From NCBI GenBank assembly GCA_044361115.1, contig JBIKJH010000001.1, positions 228,593 to 292,592 on the forward strand: a DNA stretch of 64,000 nt, read 5' to 3'. Shown here piece after piece: positions 55,843-64,000 of the stretch. The number at the start of each line of letters is the position of its first letter. The stretch's first letter is position 1. Position numbers and translations under genes: made by a program. Under the pieces are notes generated by a model, which saw only the letters and a list, made by a program, of their open reading frames with translations, did not search any database and had not been told where the DNA came from. The stretch is from Crocinitomicaceae bacterium. Lineage in GTDB: Bacteria > Bacteroidota > Bacteroidia > Flavobacteriales_D > Crocinitomicaceae.

Positions 55843-56721
55843 TTAACGGTTCACGTTTTTTTCAATGTACTGAATAATTTTACCTGCAATATTTTCTTGG
55901 GTTGTTTTTTCAATTCCTTCCAACCCTGGTGATGAATTCACTTCCAATACCAAGGGTCCGCGCTCTGACTGAAGCATGTCGACCCCGGCAATTCCTAATC
56001 CAACGGCTTTAGCAGCTAAAATTGCCGTGTATTTTTCTTCAACTGAAAGTTCGATAATACGGGAAGAACCACCACGGTGTAAATTCGATCTAAACTCACC
56101 CGGTTTTCCTTGGCGTTTCATGGCTCCCACTACTTCACCATCAACGACAAAGGCACGAATATCTGCACCTTTGGCTTCACGCACAAATTCTTGTACAATT
56201 ACGCGCGCTTTCAATCCATTAAATGCTTCCAATACCGATTGGGCAGCATTTTGATTTTCAGCCAATACAACGCCTAACCCTTGTGTTCCTTCCAATAATT
56301 TCAATACGACTGGCGCACCACCAGCGGATTCAACAACGTGTTCAACGTTCTTTGAATAATTCGTAAAAACCGTTTTCGGTAAGCCTATTCCTTCTTTCGA
56401 AAGTACTTGTAAGCATCTCAATTTATCGCGTGAATGCACAATTCCTCTGGAGCTCACAGCTGAGAAAACATTCATCATTTCAAATTGACGAACCACAGCT
56501 GTTCCATAAAACGTGACCGATGCTCCAATTCTTGGAATCACTGCATCAAATCCGGTCAAATAACTATCTCCATAATAGATCGATGGTCCACCTTGCTCAA
56601 TTTCGATGTTGCATTTTAAGTGATCAACAACGTGCGCTTCATGTCCGCGTTCAATTGCTGCTTCCACCAAACGGCGTGTAGAATATAAATTCGTATTGCG
56701 CGATAAAATTCCAATTTTCAT
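55843..56721 (-). CDS. rimK: RimK-family ATP-grasp alpha-L-glutamate ligase
   Basis: [18 protein letters not shown]..., and ATP-grasp motifs through ..[14 protein letters not shown]. Confidence 0.92.
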   Translation of the reverse strand: MKIGILSRNTNLYSTRRLVEAAIERGHEAHVVDHLKCNIEIEQGGPSIYYGDSYLTGFDAVIPRIGASVTFYGTAVVRQFEMMNVFSAVSSRGIVHSRDKLRCLQVLSKEGIGLPKTVFTNYSKNVEHVVESAGGAPVVLKLLEGTQGLGVVLAENQNAAQSVLEAFNGLKARVIVQEFVREAKGADIRAFVVDGEVVGAMKRQGKPGEFRSNLHRGGSSRIIELSVEEKYTAILAAKAVGLGIAGVDMLQSERGPLVLEVNSSPGLEGIEKTTQENIAGKIIQYIEKNVNR

Positions 56722-56722
56722 A

Positions 56723-57172
56723 TTATTCGTTCTTTTTTTTAGACACGTTCACTAAGGAAGTATCAATGATAAATCGTTTATTGAGTAGTTTTCTTCCCAA
56801 CAGAATGGGATAGCGCATTCCTTTTCGTTCGGTTAGTGAAAATTCAGTTCTTATTTTTCGCCCTAAGAGTTCAATTGAACATTTTATAAAATAGCGCAGT
56901 TGTTCTTGACCATTGGAGCTTTTAACTTTTTTTCTGCGATATTCTTGAAAGTAGTGCTTTTCATTATCATAAGCAAGATGGTTTTCATCCAAGAATATAA
57001 CTTCCAACACCATTGTACCTTCCAATTCCACCTCTTTGCAAGAACTAACATGAATACTTGAAGTATAGGCACCCGAATCGACTTTCACATCCACATGATA
57101 CAAACCAAACTGGGGCAGATTGGCGATTTCGCGGCGTCCAATGATTGTTTTCTCTCTTTCTTTCGGCTTCAT
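56723..57172 (-). CDS. RimK-associated retropepsin-like protease (DUF785 / 'ATP-dependent zinc protease')
   Basis: [13 protein letters not shown] aspartyl-protease-like motif. It is adjacent to rimK (2-nt gap). Confidence 0.8.
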   Translation of the reverse strand: MKPKEREKTIIGRREIANLPQFGLYHVDVKVDSGAYTSSIHVSSCKEVELEGTMVLEVIFLDENHLAYDNEKHYFQEYRRKKVKSSNGQEQLRYFIKCSIELLGRKIRTEFSLTERKGMRYPILLGRKLLNKRFIIDTSLVNVSKKKNE

Positions 57173-57348
57173 ACTGAAATTTGAATGGGTAAATCTATTA
57201 AATTTGCACAATAGAAGTTGAGATTCTGCCTATTTTTGTGGCAGGTTTAAAATTTTCTAAAATAATTCTGCAATTATTCGATTGTTTTAGAAATAATTTG
57301 TAATATTGCACCCCCGTTTACGCGGTAGAACACAGATAAAAAAGAGTC

Positions 57349-57705
57349 ATGGATATTATTAGAGAAATTCAGAGCGAACTTGTTGAGGTAAAACAATTCC
57401 CTCAGTTTGGAGCAGGAGATACAATTACAGTTTCTTACAAAATTAAAGAAGGTAATAAAGAGCGTATTCAGCAATACCAAGGAGTTGTATTACAACGTCG
57501 TGGTTCTGGAACAACTGAAACGTTTACAGTTCGTAAAATGTCTGGAAACATTGGTGTTGAGCGTATCTTCCCTATTTCTTCTCCATTTTTAGACGAAATT
57601 GTTGTGAACAAAAAAGGTCGTGTACGTCGTGCTCGTATTTTCTACTTCCGTGGCTTGACTGGTAAAGCAGCTCGTATCAAAGAAAAAAGAAGATTCACAA
57701 ACTAA
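57349..57705 (+). CDS. rplS: 50S ribosomal protein L19
   Basis: [33 protein letters not shown]... Confidence 0.96.
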   Translation: MDIIREIQSELVEVKQFPQFGAGDTITVSYKIKEGNKERIQQYQGVVLQRRGSGTTETFTVRKMSGNIGVERIFPISSPFLDEIVVNKKGRVRRARIFYFRGLTGKAARIKEKRRFTN

Positions 57706-57728
57706 GATATTCGAATTATTCGATACTA

Positions 57729-57757
57729 GGCTTTCTCTAACGAGGAGGCCTTTTTTT
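57729..57757 (+). terminator. rho-independent terminator after rplS
   Basis: ggctttctc-taac-gaggaggcc (with G.U pairs) followed by T7. Confidence 0.7.
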
Positions 57758-57767
57758 ATTTAAGACA

Positions 57768-58532
57768 ATGGCGAAGAAAATAAAAACAACATTAAAGACG
57801 AAACGAACGAAGAAATCCGTTAAGCAATCAAAATTGGTTGTGATCAGTCTTTTGTTAATTGGATTGATTTTGGCCCTGCTCTATTATTACGTACAAGATG
57901 AGGAAACCATGAAGCGCAAAACAGTAATCGAATCGATACCAGCAGGATTCCCTTCTTTTGGAATTGATATTTCGCATCATCAAGGTGAAATTGATTGGGG
58001 AAAATTAATGGTTACGGAACATTACGACACGATTATTCAATTCGTTTACTGCAAAGCCACAGAGGGTTCTGATCATTTTGATACGCAATGGGAGCGCAAT
58101 AGGACTGAATTGCGTAAACTTGGAATTCCACACGGAGCCTACCATTTTTTTAATCCCAAATCTGAACCGCGTCCTCAGGCACAGCATTTCCTCAAGTATT
58201 GGAAGAAAGAAGACATGGATTTACCTCCTGTTTTAGATGTTGAAACGGAAGGTTTTTCTGACGCTGATTTAATTGCTAAAATGAAAATTTGGATGACGGT
58301 TGTTGAAAATGAAACAGGCATGCGTCCGATTATTTATTGCTCCTTAAATTACTTCGAAACAAAATTTATCAATGACTTCAAAGATTATAAATTCTGGATT
58401 GCAGCTTACAGTCGAAAACCAGCATTCATCGATGATAGCCGCATTATTCATTGGCAATATTCCGAAACAGGAGAATTACCTGGAATCGATGAGAAAGTAG
58501 ATTTTAACGTTTCAAAAATCGCTTACGAGTAA
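57768..58532 (+). CDS. GH25 muramidase (lysozyme) with an N-terminal membrane anchor
   Basis: GIDISHHQGEIDW, ATEGSDHFD, and a DxE-type region LDVETEG. Confidence 0.85.
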   Translation: MAKKIKTTLKTKRTKKSVKQSKLVVISLLLIGLILALLYYYVQDEETMKRKTVIESIPAGFPSFGIDISHHQGEIDWGKLMVTEHYDTIIQFVYCKATEGSDHFDTQWERNRTELRKLGIPHGAYHFFNPKSEPRPQAQHFLKYWKKEDMDLPPVLDVETEGFSDADLIAKMKIWMTVVENETGMRPIIYCSLNYFETKFINDFKDYKFWIAAYSRKPAFIDDSRIIHWQYSETGELPGIDEKVDFNVSKIAYE

Positions 58533-58538
58533 GAACAT

Positions 58539-60461
58539 TTGAAAAGCAAAGCAACGTTTGATTCGCTTTGTCGTTTAGAGAATGTGAATCGCTACTTAAT
58601 TTTGTTCGTATTTTTTTTTCTTTCTATTGCTAGTTGGAGTCAAGTAGACCAATCTGCGAATTCAAATTTAGAAACGGACGTTGAAGATACAATTCGCTTG
58701 TATTTAATTCCTACTCCACAAATTGACACAAGAGCGTTCATTCAGCCAATTACTGTTCCTCCTATCTCTTATCCACCACCTTACCCTCACGATTACCCTC
58801 CTTATGTTTGGCAATTTCCTATTTCACCTACAATTGGTTATCCTACAATTGGTTATTATATTGTACAACCAATCTGTGGGGAAACGCGCCACCCGAATGG
58901 AAAACTTTCAAGTCGAATTGCATGTAAAAAGGGTATTCGACATGGGAAATCAGAATATTTTAATGAGAAAGGTATAAAAACACAAGAAGATTATTACCTC
59001 CAAGGAAAGTTTATTTCTGGTAAATCCTATAATTCGAAAGGTAAATTGCTTTCATGGGTAAACTACGATGGAAAAGGTGAATTACACGGTATTAATTGGT
59101 CGTTCGATGAACAAGAACAGAAAAAAATTATCACACATTATTTGCATGGCATCGAACATGGTACACGACAAGAATTTCTAAATGGTAACTTGAATTTACA
59201 AGAAGAATACGATCATGGAACTGTCGTTGATAGGAAATATTATTTTGAAAATAATCGCCTATATGAACACATTGTTTACTACAATGGATCGATATTGGAG
59301 CATACAACATTTTATGAAAAAGGTGGGATAAACACTTATGCTTTAAGTGATTCAAGCGGAAACCGTGTCGTTGATTACACCAAAAATGAACGTGGAATTA
59401 TCAATTCCGAAAGACATTATTTAAACAATGCACCCGTAGGAACAACACTTGAATCATATGATGATTTAACTGGATATAAATTAACCGCAGACTACCAAAA
59501 CGGCTTTATTCAAGCTTCTTATGAATACAACAAATCAATTCTAGTTCGAAAAAAGCACTTTACAAATGGGCAATTTGATTCCTTGATTAGTTTCTATTCA
59601 ACTGGCGACACGTCAGAATTGCTGCTTGCTGGGTTGAAATACCATCAACAAAAATGGAATTCGAAACGTGAGAAAACCGACGATTATAGGTATTACCATG
59701 AGATTTTCTTTGGCAGCGGTCATTTCACAAAGCAAGATACGACGTATGTCTTCGAAGCACCGAATGATCCAAATTCGTATAATCAAGATCCGATTAAACT
59801 TTGGGTGATTTACAAAAACGACACCTTGCGCTTGGATTACATTAACAACAATAAAAACATTACTAACCAATCCGGTCCATTTGTTTTAAACCGAAATCAT
59901 TTTGTGTATGATTCAATTTCCAATTCATTTGTTCGTAACGGTCAATGGTCGAACTTCAACGGAAATGTGATAACAGAAGTGATCACCTATAAAAGCGGAA
60001 TTTTAGACGGTGGGTATATTCATTATAATGAATCGAATCCACCCATTCCAATTATTACAGGTCATTATGCAGCTGGACAAAAAGATGGCTTGTGGATCAC
60101 TAAATACGGGGAAACCGAAATGGCAAGCTATTCAAAAGGCATTTTAAACGGATCTTACAAAAGGTTTGACAGTCAAACGGTTTTACTTGAAAACGGAACA
60201 TTTAGCAACGGTCAAATAATTGGCGATTATATAACTTATCATAGCAATTCAAACAGGAAATCCGTCGTAACTTTTGCCCAAGGACAAGAAATTGGTCATG
60301 AAAAACGATTTGACTCCAACGACCGATTATTCAGTGAAGGTAGCATCAAGCGTAACTTGAATTCGAACTCCCCTAAACAATTCAAAGCAATAGGAAAATG
60401 GTTTTACTTTACCTATAAATCTAATGGGAAGGTGAAACGAAAGACTGTTAAAATCAAATAA
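58539..60461 (+). CDS. MORN-variant (YwqK-like) repeat protein
   Basis: Many G.x.Y...G repeats (GKSEYFNEKGI.., GELHGINWSF.., GIEHGTRQEF..). The start is non-ATG and uncertain (TTG 58539 or GTG 58584). Confidence 0.75.
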   Translation: MKSKATFDSLCRLENVNRYLILFVFFFLSIASWSQVDQSANSNLETDVEDTIRLYLIPTPQIDTRAFIQPITVPPISYPPPYPHDYPPYVWQFPISPTIGYPTIGYYIVQPICGETRHPNGKLSSRIACKKGIRHGKSEYFNEKGIKTQEDYYLQGKFISGKSYNSKGKLLSWVNYDGKGELHGINWSFDEQEQKKIITHYLHGIEHGTRQEFLNGNLNLQEEYDHGTVVDRKYYFENNRLYEHIVYYNGSILEHTTFYEKGGINTYALSDSSGNRVVDYTKNERGIINSERHYLNNAPVGTTLESYDDLTGYKLTADYQNGFIQASYEYNKSILVRKKHFTNGQFDSLISFYSTGDTSELLLAGLKYHQQKWNSKREKTDDYRYYHEIFFGSGHFTKQDTTYVFEAPNDPNSYNQDPIKLWVIYKNDTLRLDYINNNKNITNQSGPFVLNRNHFVYDSISNSFVRNGQWSNFNGNVITEVITYKSGILDGGYIHYNESNPPIPIITGHYAAGQKDGLWITKYGETEMASYSKGILNGSYKRFDSQTVLLENGTFSNGQIIGDYITYHSNSNRKSVVTFAQGQEIGHEKRFDSNDRLFSEGSIKRNLNSNSPKQFKAIGKWFYFTYKSNGKVKRKTVKIK

Positions 60462-60500
60462 TATTTGAATATTTGAATATTTGAATATTTGAATATTTGA
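60461..60500. repeat. five copies of an 8-bp tandem repeat filling the whole convergent intergenic gap
   Basis: atatttga x5, between the stop at 60459-60461 and the minus-strand stop at 60502-60504. Confidence 0.9.
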
Positions 60501-60501
60501 A

Positions 60502-62544
60502 TTACAATTTTTCAATAACAAAATCTGTACGACGATTAATTGCTCTGTTTTCCTCTGAAGTATTCTCCACTTTTGGGATGGTTTCACCGTAACCTTTTGC
60601 TGTTAGGCGTTTTGGATCAATTCCCAGAGAAACCAAATAGTCTCTCACCCCTTTCGCACGATTTTCGGATAAGGTCATATTTTTACCATCGTCTCCAACA
60701 TCATCTGTATGTCCTTGAATTGCTACAGAAATTGTTGGATTTTCTTTTAAGAATCGTGCGAAGCCTTTCAAAATGAATTTTGATTTATCATTCAATGCGT
60801 AAGAACTTGTAGCGTATAAAATGTCGTTAATTGTGTAGGCTGCGCCAACTTTAAGTTCTTTCACTGTCAAATCATTGTTGCGAATAGACACTTCTTCTGG
60901 TTTAATTTCTTCTTTGGTAATTAACTTAGAATCAAAAGCATGACCTTCTTTTTTAACAGTCACCATGACATCTTGTTTTGTATCTGTTTTTACAACAGCA
61001 GCATATTTACCATCATCACCATTTACTTTCACTTGTGTCACTTCATCCGAACCGGCATACGCAATTTCAATCGTAGCATCTTTCACTGGGGCTCCTTTTT
61101 CATCTTTTAACTCACCTTTTAAAATCGCTACTGATTTCGGACGTGCTTCTTCGTATAATTCAAACGAATAAATATTCCAGTTTCCACCAACGCGTGATGA
61201 ATAGTAGGCCAAATGTCCATCTGTAGAAACAAACAATCCAAGTTCATCTTCTTTCGAATTAATTGGATAACCAATATTTTTTGGTTCTGACCATTTACCA
61301 TTTTCTTCTCGGCAATAAAAAATATCTAAACCACCAACTCCTTTGCGCTTATCTGTGCACGATGAAACAAAGTACAATGTTTCACTATCTTGGTGTAAGA
61401 ATGGACTTTTATCCTTTCCATCCGTGTTAATTTCATCAAACGGTCTCACTTCTCCCCATGTTCCATCAGGTTGCCGTTTGGCAATGTAAATATCATTATC
61501 GCGCGATGTTGGGCGTGCAACAGTATAAAACAAGGTATTTCCATCTGCTGAAAGAGACGGTTGTGCCTCCCAACCATCAGGTGTGTTGATTTTTGAACCC
61601 ATATTTTTTAGCGGAGACCATTTGAAATCATTGCCACCTTCTCCTGTGCGCTCATAGGTCGTTGTATACAAATCACAATTTTGGTATTCTTTGCCGTAGA
61701 TTTGCTCTGTTTTACAGGCACAAATGATCATTTCTTTATTATCAACAGAAAGCGTTGCTGAACCATAATTCGAAAATGTCCCATCATTGAATGGTGCTTT
61801 TAAGGGATTCCCCATATTGAACAAATCCATAACACTTGCCCGATACGAAAACGTGAATTCTTCGACAACTCGCGACATTAAATCACCCAAATTCGCACGA
61901 TCTACTTTTCGCGTATAAAAAATCAACTCATTATCTGGAGAAATCATCGGGAAATATTCGTCTTTTGCGGAACTTACATTTTTTACCATTGTTGGCTCAA
62001 AAGGCACAGACGTTGAAAGAATTTCTTGCTCAGCTTCTAAACCATTCAACACTTCATTTACATCTTTTAGTTTTTTTGAATAATCTTCGGGAAAACGCGA
62101 ATTATCCGAATTTTTGAAGGCCTTAAATTCTTTGAACCATTTGATAGCCGTTTCTTGATCTTGCTGCGTATAATTGATGACTCCCAAGTAATAGGAACAG
62201 TTTGCATGATAATCCGAACAATTTTCCAAGGCCTTTTGAAACATTTCCTCTGCTTTTGAGAAGCTTTTATCACCCATTGCTGGATTTGGTTGTTTCTCAT
62301 AATAACTTAAACCAGCTTCGTATGCATACATTCCATATTCATAATACACCATTGCATTATCCGATGACTCGGCAATTGCTGAATTAAAATTATCTACAGC
62401 TGTTTTTGCATCTATGGCTTTTGAACCTGCCTCTATAAATTTTAATGCTTTTTTAGAAGGTGGTAAACACGATTCATCTTCTTCTTGAGAGAAAAGGGAA
62501 AAAGTAGTTATAAGCGCTAGAAATAAGAAATAATACTGTTTCAT
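60502..62544 (-). CDS. OmpA-family protein with TPR and TolB-like beta-propeller (PD40) regions
   Basis: The C-terminus IQGHTDDVGDDGKNMTLSENRAKGVRDYL...NRRTDFVI is an OmpA_C domain. A signal peptide is present. Confidence 0.88.
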   Translation of the reverse strand: MKQYYFLFLALITTFSLFSQEEDESCLPPSKKALKFIEAGSKAIDAKTAVDNFNSAIAESSDNAMVYYEYGMYAYEAGLSYYEKQPNPAMGDKSFSKAEEMFQKALENCSDYHANCSYYLGVINYTQQDQETAIKWFKEFKAFKNSDNSRFPEDYSKKLKDVNEVLNGLEAEQEILSTSVPFEPTMVKNVSSAKDEYFPMISPDNELIFYTRKVDRANLGDLMSRVVEEFTFSYRASVMDLFNMGNPLKAPFNDGTFSNYGSATLSVDNKEMIICACKTEQIYGKEYQNCDLYTTTYERTGEGGNDFKWSPLKNMGSKINTPDGWEAQPSLSADGNTLFYTVARPTSRDNDIYIAKRQPDGTWGEVRPFDEINTDGKDKSPFLHQDSETLYFVSSCTDKRKGVGGLDIFYCREENGKWSEPKNIGYPINSKEDELGLFVSTDGHLAYYSSRVGGNWNIYSFELYEEARPKSVAILKGELKDEKGAPVKDATIEIAYAGSDEVTQVKVNGDDGKYAAVVKTDTKQDVMVTVKKEGHAFDSKLITKEEIKPEEVSIRNNDLTVKELKVGAAYTINDILYATSSYALNDKSKFILKGFARFLKENPTISVAIQGHTDDVGDDGKNMTLSENRAKGVRDYLVSLGIDPKRLTAKGYGETIPKVENTSEENRAINRRTDFVIEKL

Positions 62545-62704
62545 ACGTTTGAAAAATCATAGTTCGTTGGGCAATTTCAAATACCGTACCCAAAAAATAG
62601 TATATCGAAAAATCGAAAGAAAGGTTACAGGAAAATGAAGAAACTACTACCTTAAATTATGACTTGTAGCACGTTTATATTATTTTAGCTACCAAATTGA
62701 AAAA

Positions 62705-64000
62705 ATGAAAAAACAACTATACATTTCGCTTTTTGCAATCAGTGTCATTTCGCCACTTTTTGGACAAAAAAAAGATACTAAAACAGCTGCTCCCCTTTTT
62801 GAATCCTCTACACTCGGAGGATTAAACTTTAGAATGGTTGGTCCAGCACTAACTTCTGGTCGCGTAATTGACATTGCTGTAAATCCAAAAAATCCGGATC
62901 ATTGGTACGTTGCTGCTGCCTGCGGCGGTGTTTGGACAACTACAAATCACGGAACAACATTCTCCCCAATTTTTGATAATTATGGTTCTTTTTCAATCGC
63001 TTGTGTAGAACTGGCGCCATCAAATTCAGCCACTGTTTGGGTTGGAACAGGAGAAAATAACAACCAACGATCGGTTTCTTACGGTGATGGTGTATACAAA
63101 TCAATAGACGGTGGAAAATCATTCACCAACATGGGATTGAAAAACTCAGAACATATTGGAAACATTATTATTCACCCTACGAATGAAAATATTCTTTGGG
63201 TTGCTGCTTATGGTCCTGTTTGGAGTTCAGGAGGTGAACGTGGTGTTTATAAATCAATGGACGGGGGTAAAACATGGGAACGCACCTTATTTGTTTCTGA
63301 TGAAACAGGAATTTCAGAAATAGCTATTGACCCAACAAATCCAGATATTTTATATGCAGCGGCTCATCAGCGCCGAAGACACGAATGGACATACATTGGT
63401 GGTGGACCAGAATCAGCCATGTTTAAATCAACAGATGGTGGGAAAAATTGGCGTAAAATCAACGTAGGATTACCAGAAGGTAAAATGGGAAGAATTGGAA
63501 TTGCCGTTTCTCCAGTTGATGGAAATTATGTTTACGCAATTGTAGAAGGTCGAGAAGACAAAGGAGGATTTTTCCGCTCAACAAATAGTGGTGAAAGTTG
63601 GACCAAAATGTCAGGTTTCAATACTTCAGGAAATTACTACCAAGAAATTATATGTGATGTGAAAGACAAAAACAAAGTCTTCGCGATGGATACCTACATG
63701 CATCACACAGAAGATGGAGGTAAAACATTTAAACAAACGGGTGAAAACCAAAAGCATGTAGATAATCATGCTTTATGGATTGATCCAAATAACACCGATC
63801 ACTGGTTAGCTGGATGTGATGGTGGAGTTTATGAAACGTATAATCATGCGCAGCAATGGAAATACTATTCTAATTTGCCAATTATTCAATTCTATAAAGT
63901 TGTAACTGATAATGCTTATCCATTCTACAATATTTATGGTGGAACGCAAGATAACAACTCAATGGGCGGACCTTCAGAAACCAATAATGTTGGCGGAATA
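62705..64000 (+). CDS. BNR/sortilin-type (VPS10-like) repeat glycosyl-hydrolase-like protein; partial, continues past the window end
   Basis: My own translation from the ATG at 62705 gives MKKQLYISLFAISVISPLFGQ... with repeated S.DGG.[ST]W motifs (KSIDGGKSF, KSMDGGKTWE, KSTDGGKNW, RSTNSGESW, TEDGGKTF). It is not listed in the ORF track because it has no stop in the window. Confidence 0.8.
   Translation, partial: MKKQLYISLFAISVISPLFGQKKDTKTAAPLFESSTLGGLNFRMVGPALTSGRVIDIAVNPKNPDHWYVAAACGGVWTTTNHGTTFSPIFDNYGSFSIACVELAPSNSATVWVGTGENNNQRSVSYGDGVYKSIDGGKSFTNMGLKNSEHIGNIIIHPTNENILWVAAYGPVWSSGGERGVYKSMDGGKTWERTLFVSDETGISEIAIDPTNPDILYAAAHQRRRHEWTYIGGGPESAMFKSTDGGKNWRKINVGLPEGKMGRIGIAVSPVDGNYVYAIVEGREDKGGFFRSTNSGESWTKMSGFNTSGNYYQEIICDVKDKNKVFAMDTYMHHTEDGGKTFKQTGENQKHVDNHALWIDPNNTDHWLAGCDGGVYETYNHAQQWKYYSNLPIIQFYKVVTDNAYPFYNIYGGTQDNNSMGGPSETNNVGGI

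Noticed and set aside
54872-57172. rimK / desuccinylase-like / retropepsin-like protease trio as a novel system
   Set aside because: This three-gene association is a well-known conserved neighbourhood of RimK-type ATP-grasp ligases. There is nothing unusual in the sequence here.
57212-57348. Structured ribosomal-protein leader upstream of rplS
   Set aside because: I found no convincing conserved hairpin by eye. The known L19 leader is, as far as I recall, a Firmicutes motif.

Overview
This is an AT-rich chromosomal segment that looks like Bacteroidota, probably Flavobacteriia-like. The evidence is several T9SS C-terminal sorting domains, SprB repeats, a TTG/TAnnTTTG-type promoter and a putative DUF3822-rsmD-coaD gene order (the DUF3822 call is from memory). 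About two thirds of the window is ordinary housekeeping or envelope genes: ffh, an APC permease, an RND/MMPL exporter, a RecD-like helicase, GH130 plus GT4, rsmD, coaD, aroK, an M61 peptidase, panB, the rimK operon, rplS, GH25 and OmpA.

The unusual part is the ~21 kb immediately downstream of a tRNA-Lys(TTT) gene at 29935-30007. It begins with a truncated Bacteroidetes-type integrase fragment, so I read it as a degraded genomic island (~30.0-51.5 kb). The island contains:
(i) Four secreted paralogues that share an N-terminal module but carry different phage-tail-fibre-type C-terminal domains: S74 intramolecular chaperone (two copies), tail collar, and glycine-rich.
(ii) Three orphan 5' fragments of these genes.
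(iii) T9SS cargo proteins, including an M43 protease and an S8 protease.
(iv) A TPR/HisKA_3 sensor kinase with a NarL/LuxR-type response regulator.
(v) A degenerate ArgC-like protein.
(vi) At least 11 copies of a 16-17 bp palindrome with 7-2-7 spacing, TACCYAn-NN-nTRGGTA, which resembles the NarL heptamer. I saw it only in intergenic DNA of this island.
(vii) Four of those palindromes are followed by ORF-less units of ~110-150 nt that end in rho-independent terminators. These are candidate small RNAs.

Many intergenic regions across the whole window are filled with tandem repeats of 7-9 bp period (one of 16 bp), including a recurring GTGATTY heptamer array. All coordinates, motif counts and homology calls were made by eye without tools and need computational confirmation.
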